In this document: positions 27,010 through 34,797 of the stretch, in pieces
Position numbering within the stretch: position 1 is the first letter of the stretch
Layout of the letters: each line of letters begins with the position of its first letter
Origin: an uncultured Clostridia bacterium
GTDB lineage: Bacteria; Bacillota; Clostridia; Christensenellales; UBA1242
Direction: 5' to 3'
DNA: 39,215 bases
Assembly: GCA_937914725.1 (NCBI GenBank)
Contig: CALDMJ010000216.1
Span: 1 to 39,215, forward strand
Position numbers and translations under genes: made by a program
The notes under the pieces: model-generated
Database searches by the model: none
Seen by the model: the letters and a program-made list of their open reading frames with translations, nothing else
Told to the model about the DNA's origin: nothing

Positions 27010-27732
27010 ATGTTTGAAGAATTGATTCAAAACCCGCTTTTCATCATTAGTTTGATTGTTATCGTTGTCTTTCTTGTAGGGATGATTATTGCGGGTTCGG
27101 CACACCGAATATTTTATAAGATTAAGGACGACCTTATGGCGGTCGAAAGTTCGCTGAACGCTCAAGCCTATCAAGTTTTGGCTTTTGGCATTGACAAGTT
27201 CAAGCAGCGTACGCAACTTTTTCTTGCGGGCGACAAGGTTGAGGACTGCTACGATTACGTAAATGACCGCATAATTTTGAAGCCTGAAATTTTTTACGGT
27301 ACAAGCGTTGCGGCACTCGCAATTGCTTGCCACGAATTTGGACATTCGCAGCAGCGATACAACAACAGTATATTTTTTGCAATTTGCTACTTTTTGCAAA
27401 AATTAAATCGTTTCTTTTCTGGGCTTTTCCTACCACTCGTTCTGCTTGGCACAATTGTTTGGATTATTCCTTTTGAACTCAACATTATCGGCAAGGTTAT
27501 GATTTACGTTGGGCTAGGTGCACTTGCAATTACTATTTTGATGAAATTATTTTTAATTCCGCTCGAATTTGGTGCGTCGCGAAATGGTAAAAAGTTTTTA
27601 AAAAAACACGTCGGCATCAAGGGTAAGGAATTAAGACAAGTCAAACGTTTGTTGCGCGCTGCGGGCTTTACTTATATTGCTTCCCTATTTGAGGGGCCGT
27701 ACCTCGTTTTTAGGTATATCTTTGGAAAATAG
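27010..27732 (+). CDS. Divergent YugP-family (Zn_peptidase_2-like) membrane zinc metallopeptidase, 240 aa
   Basis: N-terminal TM; HEFGH (HExxH); C-terminal hydrophobic helices and the LIPLEFGAS segment, which parallels LPVEFDAS in the neighbouring paralog. It lacks the LTDHY motif present in the neighbour. Confidence 0.7.
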   Translation: MFEELIQNPLFIISLIVIVVFLVGMIIAGSAHRIFYKIKDDLMAVESSLNAQAYQVLAFGIDKFKQRTQLFLAGDKVEDCYDYVNDRIILKPEIFYGTSVAALAIACHEFGHSQQRYNNSIFFAICYFLQKLNRFFSGLFLPLVLLGTIVWIIPFELNIIGKVMIYVGLGALAITILMKLFLIPLEFGASRNGKKFLKKHVGIKGKELRQVKRLLRAAGFTYIASLFEGPYLVFRYIFGK

Positions 27733-27794
27733 TATTTTAAGATTTGCGTCAATATTTAACATTTCTATCAATTTTAAATAATTTTTTAAAAAAC

Positions 27795-27823
27795 ACTACA
27801 TTTTTCAAAAAATGTGCTATAAT
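27795..27823 (+). promoter_or_regulatory. Candidate extended -10 promoter of the second YugP gene
   Basis: TGC-TATAAT at 27815-27823. The -35 is poor (ACTACA). Confidence 0.4.
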
Positions 27824-27872
27824 ATGGCATCATAAATATATTATTATTTCATATAATAAACAAGGAGAGTTT

Positions 27873-28595
27873 ATGTCATTTATTTTATTATATTACGTTT
27901 TGGGCATTTTGATTATCCCTGGCATTTTGCTCGGCATTTATGCTCAGGTAAAGGTTTCTAGAACGTATAAAACTTATAGTCAAGTTCAAAGTGAAAAAGG
28001 CGTCACTGCTGCAGAGCTTGCACGTGCTGTGCTTGATAGTGCTGGTTTGCAAGAAATTGAATTGCGTAAAGAAAAGGGCTTTTTGACTGACCACTATCAT
28101 CCAACACAAAAGTATATTGCACTTTCGGAAGATGTGTACGACTCCGCATCGGTCGCCGCACTCGGTGTTGCTATGCACGAAGTTGGACACGCTATTCAAA
28201 AGAAAGAACACTATTTCTTTCTTGGATTTAGACAAGTCCTTGTGCCAATCACAAACCTTGCGAGCCGCCTTTTGTGGCCGATGGTAATCATTGGGCTGCT
28301 TCTCGGAGTATTTTTGACAGCAAACGCTATGGTGGGGCTGATTGTGCTCGGCGTTGGCGTTGGTTTCTATGCCCTTACACTGCTTTTAAACCTTGTGACA
28401 CTACCAGTTGAATTTGACGCGTCAAAGCGCGCATTGAGGTTGCTGGAAGATGGAGGGTTCTTGAATGATGCAGAACTTGACGGAGCGCGCCAAGTTTTGA
28501 AAGCCGCTGCACTCACTTACGTTGCTGCATTTGTTGTTTCGCTGCTCGAAATTTTGCGTTTTGTCCTATACATTTTCTTGTCGCGCGACAACTAA
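27873..28595 (+). CDS. yugP: YugP-family membrane zinc metallopeptidase, 240 aa
   Basis: True start is the ATG at 27873, with AAGGAGAG 5 nt upstream. The track start at 27744 is a TTG in AT-rich spacer. Motifs: IYAQVKVSRTYKTYS, GFLTDHYHP, SVAALGVAMHEVGHAIQ (HExxH) and LPVEFDASKRA. Confidence 0.85.
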   Translation: MSFILLYYVLGILIIPGILLGIYAQVKVSRTYKTYSQVQSEKGVTAAELARAVLDSAGLQEIELRKEKGFLTDHYHPTQKYIALSEDVYDSASVAALGVAMHEVGHAIQKKEHYFFLGFRQVLVPITNLASRLLWPMVIIGLLLGVFLTANAMVGLIVLGVGVGFYALTLLLNLVTLPVEFDASKRALRLLEDGGFLNDAELDGARQVLKAAALTYVAAFVVSLLEILRFVLYIFLSRDN

Positions 28596-28688
28596 AACTT
28601 CGATAGAAAAAAATCTATAGTAAATGAAATTATACAATTGCAAAAATTAAGAAAAATAAAAATTTAAAAACATAAATATAATACAAAA

Positions 28689-28716
28689 AAATCGCCTGAT
28701 ATGCTTTGCGCGATTT
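28689..28716. terminator. Weak bidirectional terminator-like hairpin between the convergent yugP and the 142-aa gene
   Basis: aaatcgc / gcgattt arms with an A-run before and T8 after. The loop is long (about 14 nt) and the stem is AT-rich. Confidence 0.35.
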
Positions 28717-28843
28717 TTTTTGTTTTTATGTTAACATTCAAGGTTTTACTGAAAATTCTATTTGCTTCGCTTGTCGTAATCCTTGTTCATTTTGTATCAA
28801 TTGAATTAAAAAATAGGTGCAAAAACTTGCCCTACTTTAGATA

Positions 28844-29272
28844 TTATTTTTCTATGAGCGAACTTACAATTTCAAGCAATTCGTTGGTAGGCTCAAAACG
28901 GTGCAAATGATAGCAGCGCCCTTCGTATATGCCGTCGTGATGACGCGTCAAAGTATACCCATATTGGCTTGGCACAAGTTTTAAGACGAGTGCGTCAAAC
29001 GGCATTTCATTGTGGGTGCGCGTTTCGTCAAATAAAAACTCAATATGCAAACCGCTTTTCATATCTTCGGCACTTTCTTTAGGCAAGGCAACAAAGTATG
29101 CGGGCATTTCATAGCCATTTTTGCAGTCGATTTGCCACTGCTTGATTATCTCTTCAAACTCTTTTGTTCCCTTTTTGATTTCTTTAATGTTGCCGTCGTG
29201 GTAAATTCTTATACCACTACAGTCATCAAAAATTGCGTCGATTTGGTCATATAAATAATTTTGTATTGCCAT
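28844..29272 (-). CDS. Hypothetical protein (142 aa)
   Basis: ORF with GGAGA RBS (ttggagaatatagtATG). I recognise no motifs. Confidence 0.65.
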   Translation of the reverse strand: MAIQNYLYDQIDAIFDDCSGIRIYHDGNIKEIKKGTKEFEEIIKQWQIDCKNGYEMPAYFVALPKESAEDMKSGLHIEFLFDETRTHNEMPFDALVLKLVPSQYGYTLTRHHDGIYEGRCYHLHRFEPTNELLEIVSSLIEK

Positions 29273-29412
29273 ACTATATTCTCCAAAAGTTTATTCTTTA
29301 TCATTTTCAATACTTTCTAACATTTTTTATGTAAATTTATAAAATTATAATGCCATTATCAACAGTGTCGGTAATGTTGCTACACAATCAATAAATCAGT
29401 AGCTATTTTTCT

Positions 29413-31641
29413 TTAGCGCAAGTCGATAACATCACAGCCGCTTTCTTCCCCAATTTTTTCATTGAAAACAAGTTCAAAATAGCAGGAACTACATTGCGTG
29501 CGGCGTATGTAGTATGAGTTGTTGTCTTCCGCTTGATAGTACAATCCGTCGTGAAAATCACAGTCTTTGCAAGAGTCGTAGTCATAGACCGTTTTATATG
29601 GGCAGTGGCAAAATGTCATAAGTGTTGGCTTGCCAACGTAGTTGTGCCCGATAGGCAGTTCGCTATTGAGGTCACTTTCAATTGATTTAATAAATGCTTC
29701 CGCGCCTCTATCAAACAAAACTTGTGCGGTCATTAGATTTGTCACGTTCATTTGATAGCCAATTAAAGTTTTGAAGCCAAGCTTTGTAAAACACAATGCG
29801 TATAGATTATTTGCGACGATGCCGATGTTTTCTTGTCCAATTTCAGTCAAAACACTCTTAATTCTTTGAATGTCGTAAGAGTTTGCGACATTTGGAAGAT
29901 AGAGGTAAATAAAACTATGCTCATTGTCGTTTGCGACTAACAAACACTCATTGATTTTTTCTAATTCGTATGCTTTTGGCGCAAAGATAATATTTGTTTG
30001 AGCGGGCGTGCCTGCGATTTGGCTAACGTCGTCGATAATGACGTATTCATTCTTATTCTTTTCACTGATTTTCGGCAACTTAACTGAATCGCGAACTAAT
30101 TTGCGAACAGGTTTTTCATTCGTTTTTACAATCTCTTTATATAGTAAATCAACACACATACGTCTTAGTTCATTCATTCTTGATGCTGGAATAAAGACCT
30201 CACCCAAATCGCAAGTGAGCGAACCCAATTCAAATGGCGTATCATTGAGCCTATCAATATTTTGCAGTACTTTTTCGCGCGTTAGTGCTTGATTGAGCGC
30301 TCTATCACATACGAACATTGACTCGCATTTTACTGAAATCTTGCCATATGTCAATGTTAGTTTTGCCGTTTCATCTGGATGCGCTTCAAAGTCCGCCTCA
30401 ATTTTCAACCGCTTTAAAATGCTTACAAGATAGTTTTCGTAGTTAAAATCTACCGTTTTGTACACAATATCGCCGACATTTGGACTTTTCTTTGTGTAGA
30501 CTCGGTATAACTTATCACTAATTTTTTCGACGCCGCCAACACCGATACTCAATTCATTCCCACTTTCATCGATAAACTTCAAGCCGTCGCCGTTATTGAT
30601 TCCTAGTTTTGTTTCAATTAGAATTGCAAATATGTCTTTAAAGCGCTCAACTTTCGCTACTTGTCCAATGCTCACGCCTCTGTGGTTTTGATATTCTTTA
30701 TTAATTATGTTTTGGTCACGGATGTCGTTTAAATATACGCCTTCATTAAATTCCCCACGATTGAAAATACGCTTCAAATTGTTTTCTTCAAACTTACAAA
30801 CATCTTCATTATAGTCGGAATCAATTGCATTGCGATATGATTGCACTGCTTGTGCGACGTATGCAGGTCGACGCATACGTCCTTCAATTTTAAATGAATC
30901 TACCCCGATATTTGCTAATTGCTTTAATTTGTTAATTAAACACAAGTCGCGAGGTGACAGCAAATACTTGTACTCCCCTTTTGTGCTTGCGCGATATTTT
31001 AATCTACAAGGCTGCAGACACGCGCCACGATTGCCACTTTTATTAAATTTTAGCGCACTAAAATAGCAATTGCCCGAAAATGAAACACACAATGCACCTT
31101 GGACAAAGTATTCCACTTCAAGATTTGTCCACGCTTTTATCAAACTAATATCATTGAGTGTCACTTCACGCGAAAGCACAATGCGCTTAAAACCCATTTC
31201 TTCAGCAATCAATGCTCCTTCGAGGTTGTGGATGCCCATTTGAGTGCTGGCGTGCAATTCGATATCGGGGATATGTTTTTTCAAAACACGAGCAAGTCCT
31301 AAATCTTGAATGATAAAAGCGTCGACGTGTTTTTGATAACTTTGGCGCACAAGGTCAAGTACTGCATCAAGTTCGCTGTCTTTTATCAATGTGTTGACGG
31401 TCAAGTACACCTTGACTCCAAACAAGTGACAAAAGTCCACGACATCTGACAAATTTTCAAGTGTGAAATTTTGCGCTTTGCTGCGCGCATTAAACGCTTG
31501 CAACCCAAAATAAACAGCGTTTGCTCCGCTATAAACTGCCACCTTGAGCGACTCCAAATCTCCCGCAGGTGCCAAAACCTCAGGCTTTTTGTCGATGATA
31601 TTCAAATCACTTTCGACATATTCATTTTCAAAATTATTCAT
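29413..31641 (-). CDS. Peptidase U32 family protein, long form (742 aa) with a Cys-rich C-terminal region
   Basis: The N-terminal region has EVLAPAGDLESLKVAVYSGANAVYFG. The U32 signature region is EYFVQGALCVSFSGNCYFS...SGNRGACLQPCRLKY. The C-terminus contains CHCPYKT...SCKDCDF...CSSC. Confidence 0.85.
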   Translation of the reverse strand: MNNFENEYVESDLNIIDKKPEVLAPAGDLESLKVAVYSGANAVYFGLQAFNARSKAQNFTLENLSDVVDFCHLFGVKVYLTVNTLIKDSELDAVLDLVRQSYQKHVDAFIIQDLGLARVLKKHIPDIELHASTQMGIHNLEGALIAEEMGFKRIVLSREVTLNDISLIKAWTNLEVEYFVQGALCVSFSGNCYFSALKFNKSGNRGACLQPCRLKYRASTKGEYKYLLSPRDLCLINKLKQLANIGVDSFKIEGRMRRPAYVAQAVQSYRNAIDSDYNEDVCKFEENNLKRIFNRGEFNEGVYLNDIRDQNIINKEYQNHRGVSIGQVAKVERFKDIFAILIETKLGINNGDGLKFIDESGNELSIGVGGVEKISDKLYRVYTKKSPNVGDIVYKTVDFNYENYLVSILKRLKIEADFEAHPDETAKLTLTYGKISVKCESMFVCDRALNQALTREKVLQNIDRLNDTPFELGSLTCDLGEVFIPASRMNELRRMCVDLLYKEIVKTNEKPVRKLVRDSVKLPKISEKNKNEYVIIDDVSQIAGTPAQTNIIFAPKAYELEKINECLLVANDNEHSFIYLYLPNVANSYDIQRIKSVLTEIGQENIGIVANNLYALCFTKLGFKTLIGYQMNVTNLMTAQVLFDRGAEAFIKSIESDLNSELPIGHNYVGKPTLMTFCHCPYKTVYDYDSCKDCDFHDGLYYQAEDNNSYYIRRTQCSSCYFELVFNEKIGEESGCDVIDLR

Positions 31642-31647
31642 AGTCTA

Positions 31648-31676
31648 ATTATATCAAAAACCCTTGTACATTTCAA
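31648..31676 (-). promoter_or_regulatory. Near-consensus promoter embedded in the argS terminator, 6 nt upstream of the U32 ATG
   Basis: On the minus strand: TTGAAA (31676-31671), a 17-nt spacer ending in TGA, then TATAAT (31653-31648). Only TAGACT (6 nt) separates it from the ATG at 31641. There is no Shine-Dalgarno sequence in between. Confidence 0.55.
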
Positions 31677-31688
31677 GGGTTTTTATGT
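31657..31688. terminator. Terminator hairpin downstream of argS
   Basis: aaaacccttg (31657-31666) / caagggtttt (31674-31683) with a 7-nt loop. A and T runs lie on both sides. Confidence 0.6.
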
Positions 31689-31724
31689 TCTAAAATATAT
31701 AAAATTGTAGAAATTCTTTACGCC

Positions 31725-33461
31725 TTACATCTTCGCGGGTACTGATATTGCGAGAATATCAAGAAGTTCGGTATTTATACGCGAAACAAGTTCACAAACT
31801 TTCAAATATGCATTACGTTTTTCAGTGTCCTGCTCACTGATAATTTTTGTTGAAGAATAGAAATTGTTGAATGAATTCGAAAGCGTGAAAAGATAGTCAC
31901 AAATGAGGTTAATTGCTTTTTGCTCAAATGCCCTTTCAAGCACTGTCGGTACTTTTATGATGTTGAGCAATACATCCATATACGCTTTGTTGTCAATTTC
32001 CGCTAATTTGAGCGCTCTTAAATCGACGTCTGCTTTGCTGATGACTGAATTTGCGCGAACAGTCGTGTACAAAATATATGGCCCCGTTTTGCCCTCAAGC
32101 GCGCTAAATTTGTCAACGTCAAAAATAAAGTCAGTTTCCCTATTGTTTGAGAGGTCAGCAAATTTGAGTGTCGCAGTTGTGATTGCATCGCAAATTTGCT
32201 CATCCTCAGCACCATTTTCTTGCAATTTTTTATTGATTGATTCTTTGACATTGTCAATCAAAGTGAGGACACTCATTACACCTCCGTCGCGTGTTTTGAA
32301 CGGGCGGCCGTCCTTGCCGTTCATCGTGCCAAAGCCAAAGAACTTGAGTTGTACGTCGTCACCCACAAAGTGCGCTTTGCGCGCAGCTCTAAACAACTGC
32401 AAAAAGTGCAAGCTTTGGCGGTTGTCGACAACATACCAAATTTCACTTGGATTGAACCTTTGTTCACGCGACAAAATTGTTGCTAAATCAGTTGTCGAAT
32501 ACATTGCGGCCCCATCCGATTTCAGCACAATAAATGGCGGGACTTCAATTTTGTCATCGGGCTCTGCTACATCAATGACAATAGCGCCGTTGCTTTCGTG
32601 CGCGATGTTTTCGCTCGTCAATTTATTCACCATAGGTTTTATCATATTATTGACACTACTTTCGCCCTCATAGAGGTCAAACTTAACATTTAAATAGTCA
32701 AGCGCTTGCATAACTGGCTTTAGTGACTCACCGACAAACAATTCCCAAAGCGCATAGTATCCGCGTCTACCGTTTTGAAGTTCGTAAGTAGCTCTTCTGC
32801 ACTTATTTAAAAATTCTTCATTTTCTTTTGCTTTGATATTCGCGGTTGGATAGATTTCCTCTAAGTCCTTGCTTGTCACTGGCGAAATTGTTGGGTATTC
32901 TCCCTCATAGTTTTCATTAAAGAACACAAGTTCAGGCTGACGTTCTTGGATTTCAGCGATAATCATCCCCATTTGGCGCCCCCAATCGCCAAAGTGCACA
33001 TCCGCTATGACATTGTAGCCCATTTTGCGCGTCAATCTTTTGATTGCCTCGCCGATGTCGGAACTGCGCAAGTGCCCAACGTGCAATGTTTTGGCAACGT
33101 TTGCGCCACAATAGTCCATTACAATCGTCTTGTTTTTAGGTTCGCCAAGTGTTTTAATTTCATCAAATGTTTTCCCAACTTGCTTAATAATTGCAGCCTT
33201 TGTGAAATTAATGTTGACAAAGCCAACGCCTGCAATCGTCGCACTTTCAACTATATCCAGCATATTTAGCTTTTCACAAATCTTGCCCGCAAGTTCGCTA
33301 GGTGTGTAGCCAAATTTCTTTGCAAGCGACATTGCCCCGTTATATTGATATTGCCCAAGTTCTGGACGGCTGCCCTCAACGACTTTGACGTCACTTTCTA
33401 TGTTTAGTTTATTCAAAATCGCTTGTATTTCTTTTTCAATTGTTTTTATTAATTCTATCAT
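31725..33461 (-). CDS. argS: Arginine--tRNA ligase
   Basis: 578 aa. The class I signature is GANVAKTLHVGHLRS. Length and the C-terminal ...VPAKM ending are typical of ArgRS. Confidence 0.9.
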   Translation of the reverse strand: MIELIKTIEKEIQAILNKLNIESDVKVVEGSRPELGQYQYNGAMSLAKKFGYTPSELAGKICEKLNMLDIVESATIAGVGFVNINFTKAAIIKQVGKTFDEIKTLGEPKNKTIVMDYCGANVAKTLHVGHLRSSDIGEAIKRLTRKMGYNVIADVHFGDWGRQMGMIIAEIQERQPELVFFNENYEGEYPTISPVTSKDLEEIYPTANIKAKENEEFLNKCRRATYELQNGRRGYYALWELFVGESLKPVMQALDYLNVKFDLYEGESSVNNMIKPMVNKLTSENIAHESNGAIVIDVAEPDDKIEVPPFIVLKSDGAAMYSTTDLATILSREQRFNPSEIWYVVDNRQSLHFLQLFRAARKAHFVGDDVQLKFFGFGTMNGKDGRPFKTRDGGVMSVLTLIDNVKESINKKLQENGAEDEQICDAITTATLKFADLSNNRETDFIFDVDKFSALEGKTGPYILYTTVRANSVISKADVDLRALKLAEIDNKAYMDVLLNIIKVPTVLERAFEQKAINLICDYLFTLSNSFNNFYSSTKIISEQDTEKRNAYLKVCELVSRINTELLDILAISVPAKM

Positions 33462-33487
33462 TTTTTACCTAGTTTGCGGCACTCACA

Positions 33488-34789
33488 CTAGACTAGTTGC
33501 CCATTGATGTCAATTTTTTCATAAGGCAGATATTTTTTCAACGCTTCAGGAATCAAGATGCTACCGTCTTCTTGTTGGTAGTTTTCCATAACCGCAATGA
33601 GGGTTCTGCCGACTGGCAGTCCTGAGCCATTGAGCGTGTGAATGAACTCGTTTTTCTTTGTTTCGCTATTTTTAAATTTGATATTTGCACGACGCGCTTG
33701 GAAGTCAAGGAAGTTTGAACAACTTGAAATCTCTCTATAGCGTTGTTGCCCTGGGAGCCAAACTTCAAGGTCGTTGCAGTAGCAAGCACTAAACCCAAGG
33801 TCCCCTGTGCAAAGCGCAACAACTCTGTAGTGTAGCCCAAGTTTATCCAAGATGCGTTTTGCGCACCCGACAAGATCCTTGAACTCATCCCACGATTGTT
33901 CTGGGGTTGTAAATCTAACCATTTCAACTTTGTCAAACTGGTGTTGGCGGAAAATGCCTTTGACGTCCTTGCCTGCGCTCCCCGCTTCGACTCTAAAGCA
34001 GTTTGACAAGCAACTATATCTAATAGGCAATTCTTCTTGCTTTAAAACTTCATTGTTAAATAGATTTGTTACGGGAACTTCCGCGGTAGGAATCATAAAC
34101 AATTCTTTACCATTTGAAACTGTCTTGAACATATCTTCTTCAAACTTGGGCAACTGCCCTGTTCCTTCCATAATGTTTCTACCGACAAGCACAGGAACGC
34201 TGACTGGCGTGTACCCATTTTCAAGCGCGCAATCGCAAAGGAAATTGCGGATTGCCATTTCAAGGCGCGCGCCTGCACCCTTTAATACTGAAAATCTTGC
34301 GCCCGAAAGTTTTGCCGCACGTTCCATATCAATGATACCCATTTTTTCGCCTAAAATGTGGTGTTCTACTGGTGTGAACGCAAATTCAGGTTTTTGCCCA
34401 CAGTATTCCAAAACTTCGTTTTCGTCCTCGTCTTTGCCGCGCGGAGTGAAGTCTGCTGGTATATTTGGCATACGCATCATATAGTTTTTGAGTTCGGTCT
34501 CAAGTGTGCTAAGTTCGGTCTCAAGTACTTTAACTTTGTCACTAACTTCAGTCATTTCGGCTTTAATTTTTTCAATTTCTTCAGCATTCTTTTCTTTTTC
34601 GCGCATTAATTGCCCAACTTTATCTGCACCTTTGTTGCGGATGCTTTGCAATTCTTGGCACTCACTGCGCACGTTGCTGATTCTTTCATTGAGTTTCAAA
34701 AAGTATTCCTTATCAAGGTCAAACTTTTTAAGTTTCAATTTTTCAGCATATTCGTCAATGTTTTCTAACATTTTTCTAAGTTCTAACAT
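33488..34789 (-). CDS. serS: Serine--tRNA ligase
   Basis: 433 aa with an N-terminal coiled-coil arm (MLELRKMLENIDEY...). The class II core has SGARFSVLKGAGARLEMAIRNF, PTAEVPVTN, FRVEAGSAGKD, FRQHQFDKVE and TLNGSGLPVGRTLIAVMEN. Confidence 0.93.
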   Translation of the reverse strand: MLELRKMLENIDEYAEKLKLKKFDLDKEYFLKLNERISNVRSECQELQSIRNKGADKVGQLMREKEKNAEEIEKIKAEMTEVSDKVKVLETELSTLETELKNYMMRMPNIPADFTPRGKDEDENEVLEYCGQKPEFAFTPVEHHILGEKMGIIDMERAAKLSGARFSVLKGAGARLEMAIRNFLCDCALENGYTPVSVPVLVGRNIMEGTGQLPKFEEDMFKTVSNGKELFMIPTAEVPVTNLFNNEVLKQEELPIRYSCLSNCFRVEAGSAGKDVKGIFRQHQFDKVEMVRFTTPEQSWDEFKDLVGCAKRILDKLGLHYRVVALCTGDLGFSACYCNDLEVWLPGQQRYREISSCSNFLDFQARRANIKFKNSETKKNEFIHTLNGSGLPVGRTLIAVMENYQQEDGSILIPEALKKYLPYEKIDINGQLV

Positions 34790-34797
34790 AATAACTC

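Noticed and set aside
26917-27399. N-terminal 161 codons of the 495-aa track ORF 25912-27399
   Set aside because: This extension would overlap the YugP-like gene and its promoter on the other strand, and it translates to basic, low-complexity sequence. The internal ATG at 26916 has a proper GAGG RBS.
27744-27872. Upstream extension (TTG start) of the second YugP ORF
   Set aside because: The segment is AT-rich spacer containing a TGnTATAAT promoter. The canonical family N-terminus starts at the ATG at 27873, behind AAGGAGAG.
28701-28910. Hydrophobic 69-aa ORF considered as a small membrane protein
   Set aside because: It has no Shine-Dalgarno sequence, starts inside the terminator hairpin, and overlaps the 3-prime end of the 142-aa gene on the opposite strand.
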